A stretch of DNA of 64,000 nucleotides from Nitrosopumilus sp. (GCA_965219345.1 OZ244732.1:928001-992000); one strand, 5' to 3'. Shown: positions 49,434 through 60,346, counted from the stretch's first letter. Notes: generated by a model from the sequence alone, not told the origin. A program made the numbers and translations.

Positions 49434-51502
49434 ACTCCTAGTTCATCAGCTTCTTTGAGTTGTTCTTTCTTTCTTTTTAATGCAGAAAATATTGCCATAA
49501 TTGCAACAATCCAGATTACACTATACAATACGTTTGGAGCACTAACATACATGTACGGAGTTGCATCCATAATGTTGATCCTTAACTGTAAAGCCCTATC
49601 ACTAACATCTATCATTCCTGTATGATATGCAGAGCTATCCTTTGGAACAGCTGAGATTTTCTCAACACCTGCAAGCATAAAGTTCACATCATTTTGTATT
49701 CTAAGGAAGTTTGTAGAGTCTGTAGGAAACATCCAAACGGGATTTTTGGAGATGACTTCCCCATTTGCATTTGTTGTTTCAAGTAAATTGGGATTTTCCA
49801 TAACAATATCCAGATCTGCTTGAATTGCCACCAAATGGGCACGAATTGCAACAGGATCAGACGAACCAATAATTCCATCAAGATGTCCTCTCATTCTATC
49901 AAGAGGGTAAATGTCTGTGTTGTAGCCAGTGATTGCCATAAATCCTCCAAAAACAATAATTCCAATTATTCCAATTATGGAAAGTTTGTAAACAATTTTT
50001 GCCATTTTCTCGTTCTTGGTCATAACATGGTTATCACTTGATTTATTTCTTTGAAATCGCGTATGAGATAGGCTCATGTAGGCAATGTAAAAAAATCCAA
50101 CAGTTTGCAATCCAATAATCGGTACAAATATGGGATTGTTTGAAAATATTGAGATAAAGATTGCTATTATTCCATATACGCCAAAAAATATTTCCAAAAG
50201 AGTAGTCTGGGAAAAAGGTAAATTATATGCCTTGTCTCGCCAATCATCATCTTTTGTTATGATTCCATATTTTGGAGTTCTAAGAAATTCATTTTTCTTT
50301 CCAAGTACTGCATCAAAGACTGCAACAGTATTATTTACTGACAGTCCAGCATTGTAAACCAGTAATGCAGGTAGTATCTTTGCTTTTGATTTCCATGACT
50401 TGTGATACATACTCTGTATAATCACGAGGTATGCACCTGGCCCCATTGCAAGATATGCTGCAATTGTTATGGCAGGAAGAAAACTAACCACATAAAGATT
50501 AACTTGTCCTGCTAACAAAATTGGCAATGCCAAAAATTGTATCAGCATTAATGGATAAACTATATGACGAGTCAGTTGTATGAATGCTTGAATCTTTGCT
50601 TCAACTGCAACCTTTCGTTTAATGGCAATATCAAAAAGTAGCTTTATTGCACATTGAACAGAGCCTTTTGCCCATCGGAATTGTTGTCTTTTAGCTGCAT
50701 TCATCTGAGCAGGGAGTTCCGCATCAACTACAATGTCAGGCAAGAATACACATTTCCATCCTTTCATTTGTGCTCTGTAACTAAGATCAAGGTCTTCAAC
50801 TAGCGTGGCAGTATGCCAACCTCCGGCATCTTCAATACATTCACGTTTCCAAATTCCAGCAGTACCATTGAAATTCATGAAGAGATGCGAATTGCTTTTT
50901 GCTTTTTGTTCAATGAGAAAATGAAAGTCGAGAGCAAGTGCTTGGGCTTGAGTAATCGCAGAATAGTTTTCATTTACATGCCCCCAACGGCATTGAACAA
51001 GACCAATGTTTGATTTTGAAAAGTAAGGAATTGCTCGTTTGAGAAACCATGTTGGAGGAATAAAGTCAGCATCAAATATGGCGACAAATTCGGAATCTGT
51101 TGTCTGCATAGCGTGTTTCAGAGCACCTGCTTTGTACCCATTTCTTGTTCCGCGTCTTACATGTTCAATTAGGAATCCTTGCTTTTTGTAACCACTGACC
51201 ACATTTCTAACCAATTCAACAGTATCATCATCAGAATCATCTAACACCATAATTCTCATTTTCGCTTTTGGATAATCCAAGTTGCATACTGAATCGACGA
51301 GTCTCTTTGCAACATACTTTTCATTGTATATTGGAAGTTGAATTGTAATTGACGGGGTTCCCACATCAATAGTAGGCAAAACATCTTTTCTTTTTCGAGA
51401 AAGAAATGCCAGATAGTAAAAATTGCAAGTATATGCAATAATTATGATGGCTGCTACAATAAACAGATCAAAAATAATTTGGGTGAAAGGATTGATTGCC
51501 AT
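49430..51502 (-). CDS. GT2 glycosyltransferase (cellulose-synthase-like)
   Basis: QLPIYNE, KAGAL, FDADF, VEDLD, QQFRW; multiple TMs. Confidence 0.92.
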   Translation of the reverse strand: MAINPFTQIIFDLFIVAAIIIIAYTCNFYYLAFLSRKRKDVLPTIDVGTPSITIQLPIYNEKYVAKRLVDSVCNLDYPKAKMRIMVLDDSDDDTVELVRNVVSGYKKQGFLIEHVRRGTRNGYKAGALKHAMQTTDSEFVAIFDADFIPPTWFLKRAIPYFSKSNIGLVQCRWGHVNENYSAITQAQALALDFHFLIEQKAKSNSHLFMNFNGTAGIWKRECIEDAGGWHTATLVEDLDLSYRAQMKGWKCVFLPDIVVDAELPAQMNAAKRQQFRWAKGSVQCAIKLLFDIAIKRKVAVEAKIQAFIQLTRHIVYPLMLIQFLALPILLAGQVNLYVVSFLPAITIAAYLAMGPGAYLVIIQSMYHKSWKSKAKILPALLVYNAGLSVNNTVAVFDAVLGKKNEFLRTPKYGIITKDDDWRDKAYNLPFSQTTLLEIFFGVYGIIAIFISIFSNNPIFVPIIGLQTVGFFYIAYMSLSHTRFQRNKSSDNHVMTKNEKMAKIVYKLSIIGIIGIIVFGGFMAITGYNTDIYPLDRMRGHLDGIIGSSDPVAIRAHLVAIQADLDIVMENPNLLETTNANGEVISKNPVWMFPTDSTNFLRIQNDVNFMLAGVEKISAVPKDSSAYHTGMIDVSDRALQLRINIMDATPYMYVSAPNVLYSVIWIVAIMAIFSALKRKKEQLKEADELGV

Positions 51503-51556
51503 ATGCCTAATTTCTCAGAATTACTATTTGCTATTTATACTTGCAAAAAATTGAAA

Positions 51557-52504
51557 CTATTTTGCTTCAAAGATTTTGATTGCTTGTGGTGGACAAACAC
51601 CTTCACAAGCAAGACAAAAGATACAATCTGGTTCTTTTGACATCAATGGTTTTTGGTCAGATCCAGGATTTCCTGGAGTGTCAAACCACTCATAAACTCC
51701 TACAGGGCATGCTTCAATACATCCACCATCTGCAATACAGATATCATAATCTACTGAAACAAATTCTCCCCAAATGCCCATAATTCCATTACTTGTACCT
51801 CTTCGTCCCCAAGTTTTGATTGAATATCCGGCTGCATCGTATGATGCAGATTTTTTCAGTTTTGATTTGTATTCAACATCAATTGGACCTGGTTTGGCAC
51901 CATCTGGAATTTCCATAACTCCTTCATCTTCTTCACCTTCTTCTTCTGTTACTTCAACAGCTTTGGCTTTTGCGCCAAGGACAATTTTTGCCAAAGGAGT
52001 AAGTTCTTCAAGTTTTTGAATGGCAGCAATCTCAGAGATCTTTTCAGTTCTAACATAGTAAGAAATCATCTTGTCGGCTAAGATAGTATTACGTAAAATA
52101 GTATCAATTATCATTTTTGCAAAATGATCAGCTTTCTTTCTATAATCCAGAACCCAGTTTGGGTCACCAAATTTTTCAATTGGAAAAATTTGATAGATAA
52201 TATCAACTACTTCACCAGTTACAATTTCAACTGTAATAGATAACTCAACTTGTTCGTATCCTTTTGCATCAGGATCTTTCATGTTTTGTTCTTGCCAGCG
52301 ATATGTTGCAAAAATTCTGTCAGCATACATATCCATTTCAAATGCCTTTTTGAGACCATCATGGATTGATTTTATTTCTGCTGGATCTTCGAGTTTAACT
52401 GGTAGTCTGTAAAGTCCAATTTTGTATCCATGTAATGGATAAACACCACGTTTTGCAGTTGGGGCTTCCATTGACCACACTCGATCTTTTAATAGTAATG
52501 ACAT
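51557..52504 (-). CDS. Protein with a C-terminal dicluster ferredoxin domain
   Basis: CIADGGCIEACP and CIFCLACEGVCP. Confidence 0.85.
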   Translation of the reverse strand: MSLLLKDRVWSMEAPTAKRGVYPLHGYKIGLYRLPVKLEDPAEIKSIHDGLKKAFEMDMYADRIFATYRWQEQNMKDPDAKGYEQVELSITVEIVTGEVVDIIYQIFPIEKFGDPNWVLDYRKKADHFAKMIIDTILRNTILADKMISYYVRTEKISEIAAIQKLEELTPLAKIVLGAKAKAVEVTEEEGEEDEGVMEIPDGAKPGPIDVEYKSKLKKSASYDAAGYSIKTWGRRGTSNGIMGIWGEFVSVDYDICIADGGCIEACPVGVYEWFDTPGNPGSDQKPLMSKEPDCIFCLACEGVCPPQAIKIFEAK

Positions 52505-52540
52505 CCGATTTTTGTACCTCGAATTTAGTTAAAAAGGTTA

Positions 52541-52852
52541 TCAGTCATCATCTTCAGGACAAGTGAGTTCTCTAAGTTCAATGTATTTTTTTTCCATTGC
52601 TTCTGCATGCGTCATTACTTGTGATAAATCATAAGAATTCTTGGAAAAATACCATCTTATAGGAACCCAATGCCCAATACCATCCATATCATGAATCATT
52701 CCCTTATCAGCTTTGACGTTTAGTTTTTCGTCTATGGATGTCTCTTTTACAGTAAGACCTCTTTTTGTTTTGTCTTCCATGACAAGATCTGTTTCACCAT
52801 CTTTGATAAAATAAAAAGTGCCTTTCTTTAGAACAGGAAGGTCTAAAAGCAA
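52541..52852 (-). CDS. Hypothetical protein
   Basis: ORF in an operon with the rhodanese and ferredoxin genes. Confidence 0.7.
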   Translation of the reverse strand: MLLDLPVLKKGTFYFIKDGETDLVMEDKTKRGLTVKETSIDEKLNVKADKGMIHDMDGIGHWVPIRWYFSKNSYDLSQVMTHAEAMEKKYIELRELTCPEDDD

Positions 52853-52853
52853 T

Positions 52854-53699
52854 TTATTTTTCCACAGGATTTCCTATCATGTTACCCCATTCAGTCCAAG
52901 AACCATCATAGTTCCGAACCATTGGATATCCTAACAGATATTTTAGAACAAACCAACTATGTGATGATCTTTCTCCAATTCTACAATAACATATTACATC
53001 TTTGTCTGGAGTCACACCTTTTGGTTCATAATTTTGTTTTAATTCTTCAACTGCTTTGAATGTTCCATCAGCATCATTAACTGCAGTTGCCCATGGAATG
53101 TTATTTGCACCAGGGATATGTCCGCCTCTTTGCGCATGTTCCGTTGGGTATTCTGGAGGAGCAGTAATTTCGCCAGAAAATTCAGCAGGTGATCTTACAT
53201 CAACCATAACAGAATCTTCTTTTCCTAATGCTCTACTAACATCAAACAGATAAGCACGTAATCCTTCATCTGGAGGTTGTGCATTGTATGTCGTTGATGT
53301 CATTTGTGGTTCGTCAGTAGTGTAATCTTTACTTTCTAATTCCCATTTTTTTCTTCCACCATTCATAATCTTTAGATTTTCATGTCCATAGTATTTGAAA
53401 ACCCAGAAAACAAATGCTGCAAACCAATTGTTAAAGTCACCATAAAGAATTACTTCACTATCTGAAGTAATTCCATTTTTTGACATTAATGCTTCAAATT
53501 GTTTTTTGTCAATGATATCTCTTGTAACTGGATCATTAATGTCACGTTTCCACCAGATGAGACTGGCACCATTAATATGACCTTTTTGATATCCATTTAC
53601 TGGATCATAATCAACTTCTACTAATTTCCTATTTTCATTAGGAGGATTTTTTGATACCCATTCAGTATCTACCAAAACTTCTGGATATGCGTAACTCAT
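52854..53699 (-). CDS. Thiosulfate sulfurtransferase (tandem rhodanese)
   Basis: GHIPGA, YCRIGERS, YDGSWTEW. Confidence 0.95.
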   Translation of the reverse strand: MSYAYPEVLVDTEWVSKNPPNENRKLVEVDYDPVNGYQKGHINGASLIWWKRDINDPVTRDIIDKKQFEALMSKNGITSDSEVILYGDFNNWFAAFVFWVFKYYGHENLKIMNGGRKKWELESKDYTTDEPQMTSTTYNAQPPDEGLRAYLFDVSRALGKEDSVMVDVRSPAEFSGEITAPPEYPTEHAQRGGHIPGANNIPWATAVNDADGTFKAVEELKQNYEPKGVTPDKDVICYCRIGERSSHSWFVLKYLLGYPMVRNYDGSWTEWGNMIGNPVEK

Positions 53700-53787
53700 A
53701 ATTTGTACGGATGTGTTTCCATACTTAATTGTTTTTCAAATACGTAAAAAATATCATTTTTATGTAAACAGAATTCAGAAGAACTGC

Positions 53788-54603
53788 TTGAAACTTGGAA
53801 ACGTTGCAGTGGTAAGTAAAGTAGGTTCGAAAGAATCTGAACAAGCTGCAAAAGATGTTGTAAAAAAGCTTTTGGCAAAAAAATCCACAGTCTATACAAT
53901 TTCACCAATTGAAGTAAAGGGAGCAAAAAAAATTGATACGTTAGAAGAATTAAAAAAGATGAAACTAGACCTTGTAATTACTCTTGGTGGAGATGGCACA
54001 ACTCTTCGGGTTTTTAGAAACTTAGAAAATGAAATACCAATTCTAACAATCAATGTTGGAGGAAATAGGGGAATTTTATCAGAGATAACAATTGATAAAG
54101 TGGATGAAACAATAAATCAAATTTTAAAAGACAAGTTCTTCCTAGACAAAAGAACAAGGGTAGTTGCATCTTGTGGAGGAAAAGAATTTCCACCAGCATT
54201 GAATGAGATCTACATTAGTAGAACAAACTTGACTAAAACTGCAGAAATTAAAATAAAATTTCAAAATGATATCGTAAAACAAAAAATGGATGGAGTAATT
54301 ATTGCAACTCCCAGTGGATCTACAGGTCACTCATTTTCATTAGGAGGACCAATTTTGCATGAAAGTTTGGATGTTCTAATTATCACTCCTGTTGCACCAG
54401 TATACAGATTAGAGTCAATTGTAGTTCCAGATGAAAAGATTGAGATTACATGTTCTCATGACTGCAATATTGTGATGGATGCACAAGTGATTAAAGCTGC
54501 AGAATATGAAGAACCAATAATTATTAAGAAATACAAAAAACCAGCAGTCTTTGTGAGACTAAAAAAACGAGGACTGAGACAAATGAGTAAACTTGGATTT
54601 TAG
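53788..54603 (+). CDS. NAD kinase
   Basis: GGDGT, LNE, DG...ATPSGST; start placed at TTG 53788. Confidence 0.92.
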   Translation: MKLGNVAVVSKVGSKESEQAAKDVVKKLLAKKSTVYTISPIEVKGAKKIDTLEELKKMKLDLVITLGGDGTTLRVFRNLENEIPILTINVGGNRGILSEITIDKVDETINQILKDKFFLDKRTRVVASCGGKEFPPALNEIYISRTNLTKTAEIKIKFQNDIVKQKMDGVIIATPSGSTGHSFSLGGPILHESLDVLIITPVAPVYRLESIVVPDEKIEITCSHDCNIVMDAQVIKAAEYEEPIIIKKYKKPAVFVRLKKRGLRQMSKLGF

Positions 54604-55072
54604 GATTTTAGATGCTAGTGCATTTTATGCAGGAGTTCCATTTAGATCATATAATGATTATTACACCACATCTCTTGCTTATGATGAAATCAAACACATA
54701 AAGAAAAATTATGACGCTCTAGGAACTTTGCTTGAAACTAATAGGCTAAAAATTAGAGAGCCTGACAAAGAATCAACAGAGGCCGCAATAAAGGCATCAA
54801 AAGATACTGGAGATTTTCCTCAGTTATCAAAACAAGACATTTCAATTATTGCATTATGCATTGAAATGAATGGTGAAATAATTAGTGATGATTTTGCAAT
54901 TTCAAATGTAGCAAAGAATCTAGGTTTGAAGATATCGCCAATTATGACTCGGGGAATAAAAGATGTGGGAAAATGGGTTCACTATTGTCCAGCATGTAGA
55001 ACTAATCATACTAATAAAACAGAGTGTCCAATGTGTGGAACGCCATTAAAAAGAAAATTACTCAGGGAATAA
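54593..55072 (+). CDS. nob1: Nob1-family PIN endonuclease
   Basis: ILDASAF, LS..D, SDDF, C-terminal zinc ribbon. Confidence 0.88.
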   Translation: MDFRILDASAFYAGVPFRSYNDYYTTSLAYDEIKHIKKNYDALGTLLETNRLKIREPDKESTEAAIKASKDTGDFPQLSKQDISIIALCIEMNGEIISDDFAISNVAKNLGLKISPIMTRGIKDVGKWVHYCPACRTNHTNKTECPMCGTPLKRKLLRE

Positions 55073-55103
55073 CTGCTCTTTACACCATTCAACAAACGAA
55101 CTA

Positions 55104-55790
55104 TCATGTATCATGCAAAGTTTTTTGGTTAGACTTTCTGAGAAATTTACTTTTGGATTCTAACATTTTTTTAATTTTCTTTGCTCTTGCCTCACCTAAT
55201 CCTTCAACTTTTGCCAGGTCAGTGGTTGTTGCAGTAAAAACTCTGAAGGGAGTTCCAAATTTCTCAAGCATTCTAACTGCAAATTTCTCCCCTATTCCGG
55301 GCAAACTGCAAAGAACTGAAAGTTGTTGTTTTTGTAAATCGGAAGATTTTTTGATCTTCTTCAGGTAAGGTCCACTAGGAGAATCTTTTCTTGAACACAA
55401 TGAAACTAGTAATTTTGCTGTATGAACTGCGTTAGGAGTAGGAATCACTGGGATTTTAAAATCAAGAACAACAGTAGAAATAGCCCCATAGAATATCAGT
55501 GGATTCTCAGTGATTTCTTCAATTTCATCAACATTTCCCTCTACCAATACAATAGGGTGTTGAAAATGTTCTTTGAGTCTGGAACACTGATCAAAGAGTC
55601 TTCCATCAAAAACAGATGACATTAGATCACGAATACTTTTTCGCTCTACAACAGTTTCTGGTGCAACAATGTAATCGCCTATCGGAAGTGTTTTCATCTC
55701 AACGTTCAAACCAACTGATTTTAGAAGTTCGGGAATTCCACTTTTTCGCTCCCGTTCATCTACAATTATCCGAAGATTTTCTAATTTCAC
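55104..55790 (-). CDS. xpf: XPF/ERCC4 endonuclease
   Basis: VDERE, GDY, VERKS..D, two HhH motifs. Confidence 0.92.
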   Translation of the reverse strand: MKLENLRIIVDERERKSGIPELLKSVGLNVEMKTLPIGDYIVAPETVVERKSIRDLMSSVFDGRLFDQCSRLKEHFQHPIVLVEGNVDEIEEITENPLIFYGAISTVVLDFKIPVIPTPNAVHTAKLLVSLCSRKDSPSGPYLKKIKKSSDLQKQQLSVLCSLPGIGEKFAVRMLEKFGTPFRVFTATTTDLAKVEGLGEARAKKIKKMLESKSKFLRKSNQKTLHDT

Positions 55791-55842
55791 CTATACTGTT
55801 TGTAAGGATTTGTTAATATCTATTTGAAATTGGTGTCAGAGA

Positions 55843-56232
55843 TTACTTTCTAGGATTATTTTCTGCTGGTGGAGAATTTGTAGAGCCAGTTTTCATCATT
55901 TCAGTAATTTTTGATTCTTGTTCTTTGAGAGCTTCTTTGACACGAGCTTCCTGCTTTTCAAGAACTGTCACACGTGTTTTTGCCATTTCTTGTTTTTCTT
56001 CTAATTCATCAATCAATTCTTTTTTTGTTGATTTAATCAAGACAGTACCAGCGTGTTTGAAGACAGCATCACCATCTGCTACTTTCTTTAATTCCTCAAG
56101 GGCTTTTTCTGTTTCTGCTTTTTCCATTTCAAGATGTTGTTTTTGAGTCATGATGGATTGAAGATTTTGTTGAGATTGTTGTAATTTCATTAGTTGTTCT
56201 TGAAGCCATGGAGGCATTTGTCCAGTAGACAT
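55843..56232 (-). CDS. pfdB: Prefoldin beta subunit
   Basis: Coiled coil with VFK..G.VLIK hairpin; synteny. Confidence 0.92.
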   Translation of the reverse strand: MSTGQMPPWLQEQLMKLQQSQQNLQSIMTQKQHLEMEKAETEKALEELKKVADGDAVFKHAGTVLIKSTKKELIDELEEKQEMAKTRVTVLEKQEARVKEALKEQESKITEMMKTGSTNSPPAENNPRK

Positions 56233-56255
56233 TATTAATCAAAAATTTTATTTCA

Positions 56256-56501
56256 TTATATCTTTACCGATTCAATTGAATCATAACTGACTTGGATTAG
56301 TCTAAGTGTAGAGTTAAGATTTGCTCGCAAGTGAGGCAAGTGTTCGGATTCTACTGAAATGCTTATCTTTTCATTGAATTTTATCTCAGTCTTTACAGGG
56401 TTTTCTGGATAAAATTCGTTATCAGTATTTACAGAATCATAAATTGCCTTTGTTTTGTCTTTTGCATCAATTATGATTTTTGCACTAAAGTTTAATGTCA
56501 T
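56256..56501 (-). CDS. pcc1: KEOPS subunit Pcc1
   Basis: LRANLNSTLRLI; located between rpl37ae and pfdB. Confidence 0.8.
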   Translation of the reverse strand: MTLNFSAKIIIDAKDKTKAIYDSVNTDNEFYPENPVKTEIKFNEKISISVESEHLPHLRANLNSTLRLIQVSYDSIESVKI

Positions 56502-56697
56502 ATGCTGTTCCAGCTACTTTGAAGCTGCATTTTTTACAAGACCAAATTCCTACAGCATCTCTACCAAATGTCTTTGAGCTACATTCAGGACAGGTTCTCT
56601 TTTCTTTTAATTGAAAATGGATTTTTGTATACTGCTTCCTAATCTTAATTCCATATCTTGCGCCTAATCCTTTAAGAGATTTTTTTGCTTTTGCCAT
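56485..56697 (-). CDS. rpl37ae: Ribosomal protein L37ae
   Basis: GARYG, CPEC...GIWSCKKC. Confidence 0.95.
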   Translation of the reverse strand: MAKAKKSLKGLGARYGIKIRKQYTKIHFQLKEKRTCPECSSKTFGRDAVGIWSCKKCSFKVAGTAYDIKL

Positions 56698-56698
56698 T

Positions 56699-57517
56699 TT
56701 ATTGACTTTCCTGCTGAACTTCTTTTAGTTTTTCCCTTATTTTTGCGCCAACTCTAACAGAAATTTCTCCACACTGAACAATTTCATCTTGTGTGAATCC
56801 ATCAAAACCACCTTTTTGCAAGGCGCAAATATTTCCATCAGAATCACTAGTAATTGTAATTCTTGCATCCATACTATCCCATTCATCCCCATTTGGATCA
56901 ACCACAATATGACTGCCAATCTTTGCCATAGTTACAGATACTGGAATTGTTGAAATTGGCAATGGAGAATCTTCACCATCAACTAGTGTTGCTTTATCAT
57001 CAACCCAATTCCATTTTGGAGTTTTTGATGTAAGTAATGCAGCAGTAGAAGCATAAGAGCATGCATCAAAAAGATTTCCATCATAATCAACAACTACATT
57101 ATCTGCAAATACACCAATGACAGATTTGTCTTGTTCAATAACTAATTGGGCAACATCAATCATGTGACTTTCTCTAATTCCTCTATCCACAACTCTTGCC
57201 AATTCAATAACATGGGGTTGTGGAGGTCCGGTTTCAACAGTAGGATGTGAAAGTGGTAATAATTCAGCAGTACAAATGAGAAGACCTTTGTCGCCAGAAT
57301 CCGGGAATGGTCTATCTGGTTGAATTTTTACTCCGCATATGGTTTCAGTATCACCAAGTCGTACTCGTGCAGAACCATTTGCTTTAGGAATTGCATTAGT
57401 TTCAATAGACAATTCTCTTGCCTCATCTAACGCTCGCCCATCTACTCTTTTTCCCTGTTCCAATAATTCAAGAATTTGTGTTCTCTTTAATTCATCTAAA
57501 ACAGATTTTGATGCTAT
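56699..57517 (-). CDS. rrp42: Exosome subunit Rrp42
   Basis: RVDGR, ANGSA, ELARVVDRGIRES, DGNLFDA; frame extends to an ATA at 57517. Confidence 0.92.
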   Translation of the reverse strand: MASKSVLDELKRTQILELLEQGKRVDGRALDEARELSIETNAIPKANGSARVRLGDTETICGVKIQPDRPFPDSGDKGLLICTAELLPLSHPTVETGPPQPHVIELARVVDRGIRESHMIDVAQLVIEQDKSVIGVFADNVVVDYDGNLFDACSYASTAALLTSKTPKWNWVDDKATLVDGEDSPLPISTIPVSVTMAKIGSHIVVDPNGDEWDSMDARITITSDSDGNICALQKGGFDGFTQDEIVQCGEISVRVGAKIREKLKEVQQESQ

Positions 57518-57519
57518 TT

Positions 57520-58254
57520 CTAATCGCCTCTATTTCCAAAGTATTTGTCGTTAAGTGCTTTCTTTTGTAAATCATAAACAATTTTACAGCCTTCAACTCC
57601 AACGGACACACATTTCTTGTATTCTTCAGGAGTTAGAACACCATCTAATTGCAATAACGTGATTTTTTCAAGACTTGGCATGTAGCCTATTGGCATATCT
57701 GCTTGACCTGCTTGATCTTCTTCGTTATTAACATCCAAAACAATAGTATCTGCAACCTTTCCAGAAGCGCATGCTGCAACCATATCCCTCATTGGGATTC
57801 CAGCATCTGCTAATGCAACAGAAGCTGCAGAAAGTGCAGCACAACGGGTTCCACCATCTGCTTGCAAAACTTCGATAAATACATCAACTGCAGTTCTTGG
57901 GAATTTTTCTAACATTACTGCAGGCTCTAATGCTTCTTTGATTACTTTGGAAATTTCAATCTCTCTTCTTGAAGGGGCTGGATTTTTTCTTTCACCAACA
58001 GAAAATGGTTCCATATGATATCTAACTCGTAAAATTCCAGTATCAGTGTCAGACATGTGTTTTGGATGAACATCTCTTGGACCAAATATACCAACTAGTA
58101 TTTTGTTATCACCAAATTCAATGTAAGCAGAACCATCCGCGTTTTTTAGTCCACCAGCTCTAATCGTAATTTTTCTTGTTTCGTCGACTTTTCTTCCATC
58201 ACAACGAATTCCATTTTCGTCCAATAGGACCATTGTTGCTTCTCTTCCACCCAT
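57520..58254 (-). CDS. rrp41: Exosome subunit Rrp41
   Basis: ADGSAYIE.G, RREIEISKV, QADGGTR. Confidence 0.96.
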   Translation of the reverse strand: MGGREATMVLLDENGIRCDGRKVDETRKITIRAGGLKNADGSAYIEFGDNKILVGIFGPRDVHPKHMSDTDTGILRVRYHMEPFSVGERKNPAPSRREIEISKVIKEALEPAVMLEKFPRTAVDVFIEVLQADGGTRCAALSAASVALADAGIPMRDMVAACASGKVADTIVLDVNNEEDQAGQADMPIGYMPSLEKITLLQLDGVLTPEEYKKCVSVGVEGCKIVYDLQKKALNDKYFGNRGD

Positions 58255-58934
58255 TATGATTCACTCTTTGATTCTAACATTTCTTTTACCTGATCAATCA
58301 AATTAGCAACGTGTGCTTTTTCATCTACCATTTTAATAGCTTTTTTAACCTTTAATAATCCCTCGGGGGATTCACAGGAAACCACTACCCAACCGTTTTG
58401 TCCAATTGTTACTGCAGCATTAGTTGCCTGTTCTATCATCTGAATCATGCTACCTCTCTTTCCTATTAGGCGTGGAACCTTACTTGGGGAAATTTTAACC
58501 AATGCTCCAGAGTCTATTTTACCTAAATCTCTATCAGAAATTGTGATAAGTGGATCTCGTGTTCTATCAAAATTAGCAATTCTTGCAGCAACAAGATCTC
58601 CTGATTTTAGTTTTGATGTAAGTTCATCAGCATGAGCAGAAAAGTCTCGTCCAAAGACATCTTGTGCAGGTAAGAAACCAACATAACAAGAATTGATATC
58701 TAATTCCCAGGATAGTGATGTATGAGAAATGACTTTACCAATGACCAAGTCATCAATTTTTGGAATATATTTTCCAGTTAGTGGAATTACTCTAACAGAA
58801 TCATCATAAATTTCAGAAATTCCAATAGTTGTCGAAATTATCTTATTTCCTTCTAGTACAACATTTTGTTCAGGTCTAAAAGGTCCTGTAGTTACTAAAT
58901 CACCTGGAATAACGTATTTTCTTTTATTTTCCAT
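58254..58934 (-). CDS. rrp4: Exosome RNA-binding subunit Rrp4
   Basis: YIP...D.VIG S1 domain; VPRLIGKRGSM KH; GQNG. Confidence 0.95.
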   Translation of the reverse strand: MENKRKYVIPGDLVTTGPFRPEQNVVLEGNKIISTTIGISEIYDDSVRVIPLTGKYIPKIDDLVIGKVISHTSLSWELDINSCYVGFLPAQDVFGRDFSAHADELTSKLKSGDLVAARIANFDRTRDPLITISDRDLGKIDSGALVKISPSKVPRLIGKRGSMIQMIEQATNAAVTIGQNGWVVVSCESPEGLLKVKKAIKMVDEKAHVANLIDQVKEMLESKSES

Positions 58935-59620
58935 TATTGAATTACCTCAACTGAAGCAGAGCCTTTGGTAATAGAACCCAATCTATCGATCACGTTTGGC
59001 CTTGCTGCAGCAGGTATTTCTAGTATTGCTTTTAGAGAACCGTTATTTTGCCATTCTTCTTTTTTCAGAGAACCTACTGATTTGAGAACAGAGTAAGACT
59101 GAGATGCATATTGTGCAGGAACTATAATTTCTAATTGTAGATTCTCAGATTTTAGTGCAATGATAGAACGCAATTTTTCAACAATATCTTGTACTTGTTC
59201 ATCCACACTTTTTTGAGGATCAACTGAAGCTCGGGCATCTTTCATAGCTTGTTCTACTCTCAATGGAGGATGAGGTAAGTGAGTTTTAGGATCCACATAT
59301 GTTTTGGCAATAAATTCAACAATCTGTTTTCTCTTTTCATCAATCATTTTTCGTCTTTGATCAGTTGTAAGGTTCAGAACACCTTTCTGAAGGATTATCT
59401 GAGCAATTTCAGTCTGGTCTTCAGTTTTGAAAGCCTTGAGTAATTTTTCATTTCCAGGTTTTGTGCCTTTTCCAGAATCAGTATAAATTTCATCTGAAAT
59501 CAAGACTGCAGAAACGTCTTTTTTCTTGCCCAACTTGTAATCCAATGCTGGATCAGGCTTTACCAAAATCTCAAATTTTTCACCCTCAAAGGAAAATCTT
59601 ACTACTGTAACATCTGCCAT
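58934..59620 (-). CDS. Ribosome maturation factor SBDS/Sdo1
   Basis: KFEILV.PD, DP.T..PHPP.R. Confidence 0.95.
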   Translation of the reverse strand: MADVTVVRFSFEGEKFEILVKPDPALDYKLGKKKDVSAVLISDEIYTDSGKGTKPGNEKLLKAFKTEDQTEIAQIILQKGVLNLTTDQRRKMIDEKRKQIVEFIAKTYVDPKTHLPHPPLRVEQAMKDARASVDPQKSVDEQVQDIVEKLRSIIALKSENLQLEIIVPAQYASQSYSVLKSVGSLKKEEWQNNGSLKAILEIPAAARPNVIDRLGSITKGSASVEVIQ

Positions 59621-59707
59621 TTCTAAAACATGTATGATAATTTGGTATTTATCTATACATAAAACTAGCTAGATATTTATGTGGACTTTGAAGATTTTCT
59701 TCAAGAT

Positions 59708-60346
59708 TTGTCATCCCTAGAAATAATCAGTAAAGATAGTCAAAAAATTTCTGTAAAGCTAAAAGGAGTTCCCATGCAATACGCAAATGCCCTTAGACGT
59801 ATCTGTCTAAACGGTGTTCCGGTCTTTGCAATTGATACAGTAGACATTATAGAAAATTCTTCCGTATTACCAGATGAAGGTTTAGCACACAGATTAGGAC
59901 TAATTCCAATAACAACTGACTTGTCTAGATTTAATGAACCATCCAAATGTGATTGTGATAGTGAATCTGGTTGTTCAAACTGTAAAGTCATGTTAGTTTT
60001 AGACTCAGGAGAATCAGATATGACAAGAACCGTTCTTTCAAATGAATTATCCTCTGAAGATGATTCAATAAAACCAATTTCAGATAAAATCTCAATTGTT
60101 CAACTAGCTCCAGGTCAACGAGTTAAAGTTGAATGTTACGCTAGACTGGGACGCGGAACAAATCATGCTAAATGGAACTCTGCAAATGTTTCAACTCTTA
60201 TTGAGACAGACAAAAAAGATGAAAGCGTTCTCACTGTAGAATCAACTGGTGCTCTCAGTCCAGAGCAAATTATTCTTGCAGGGGCTGATGAAGTTAGTAA
60301 TAGATTAGGTGAATTCAAAGATATGATCAGTCAAATCGAAGAATAA
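59708..60346 (+). CDS. rpoD: RNA polymerase subunit D
   Basis: ANALRR, LAHRLGLIP, HAKW. Confidence 0.95.
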   Translation: MSSLEIISKDSQKISVKLKGVPMQYANALRRICLNGVPVFAIDTVDIIENSSVLPDEGLAHRLGLIPITTDLSRFNEPSKCDCDSESGCSNCKVMLVLDSGESDMTRTVLSNELSSEDDSIKPISDKISIVQLAPGQRVKVECYARLGRGTNHAKWNSANVSTLIETDKKDESVLTVESTGALSPEQIILAGADEVSNRLGEFKDMISQIEE

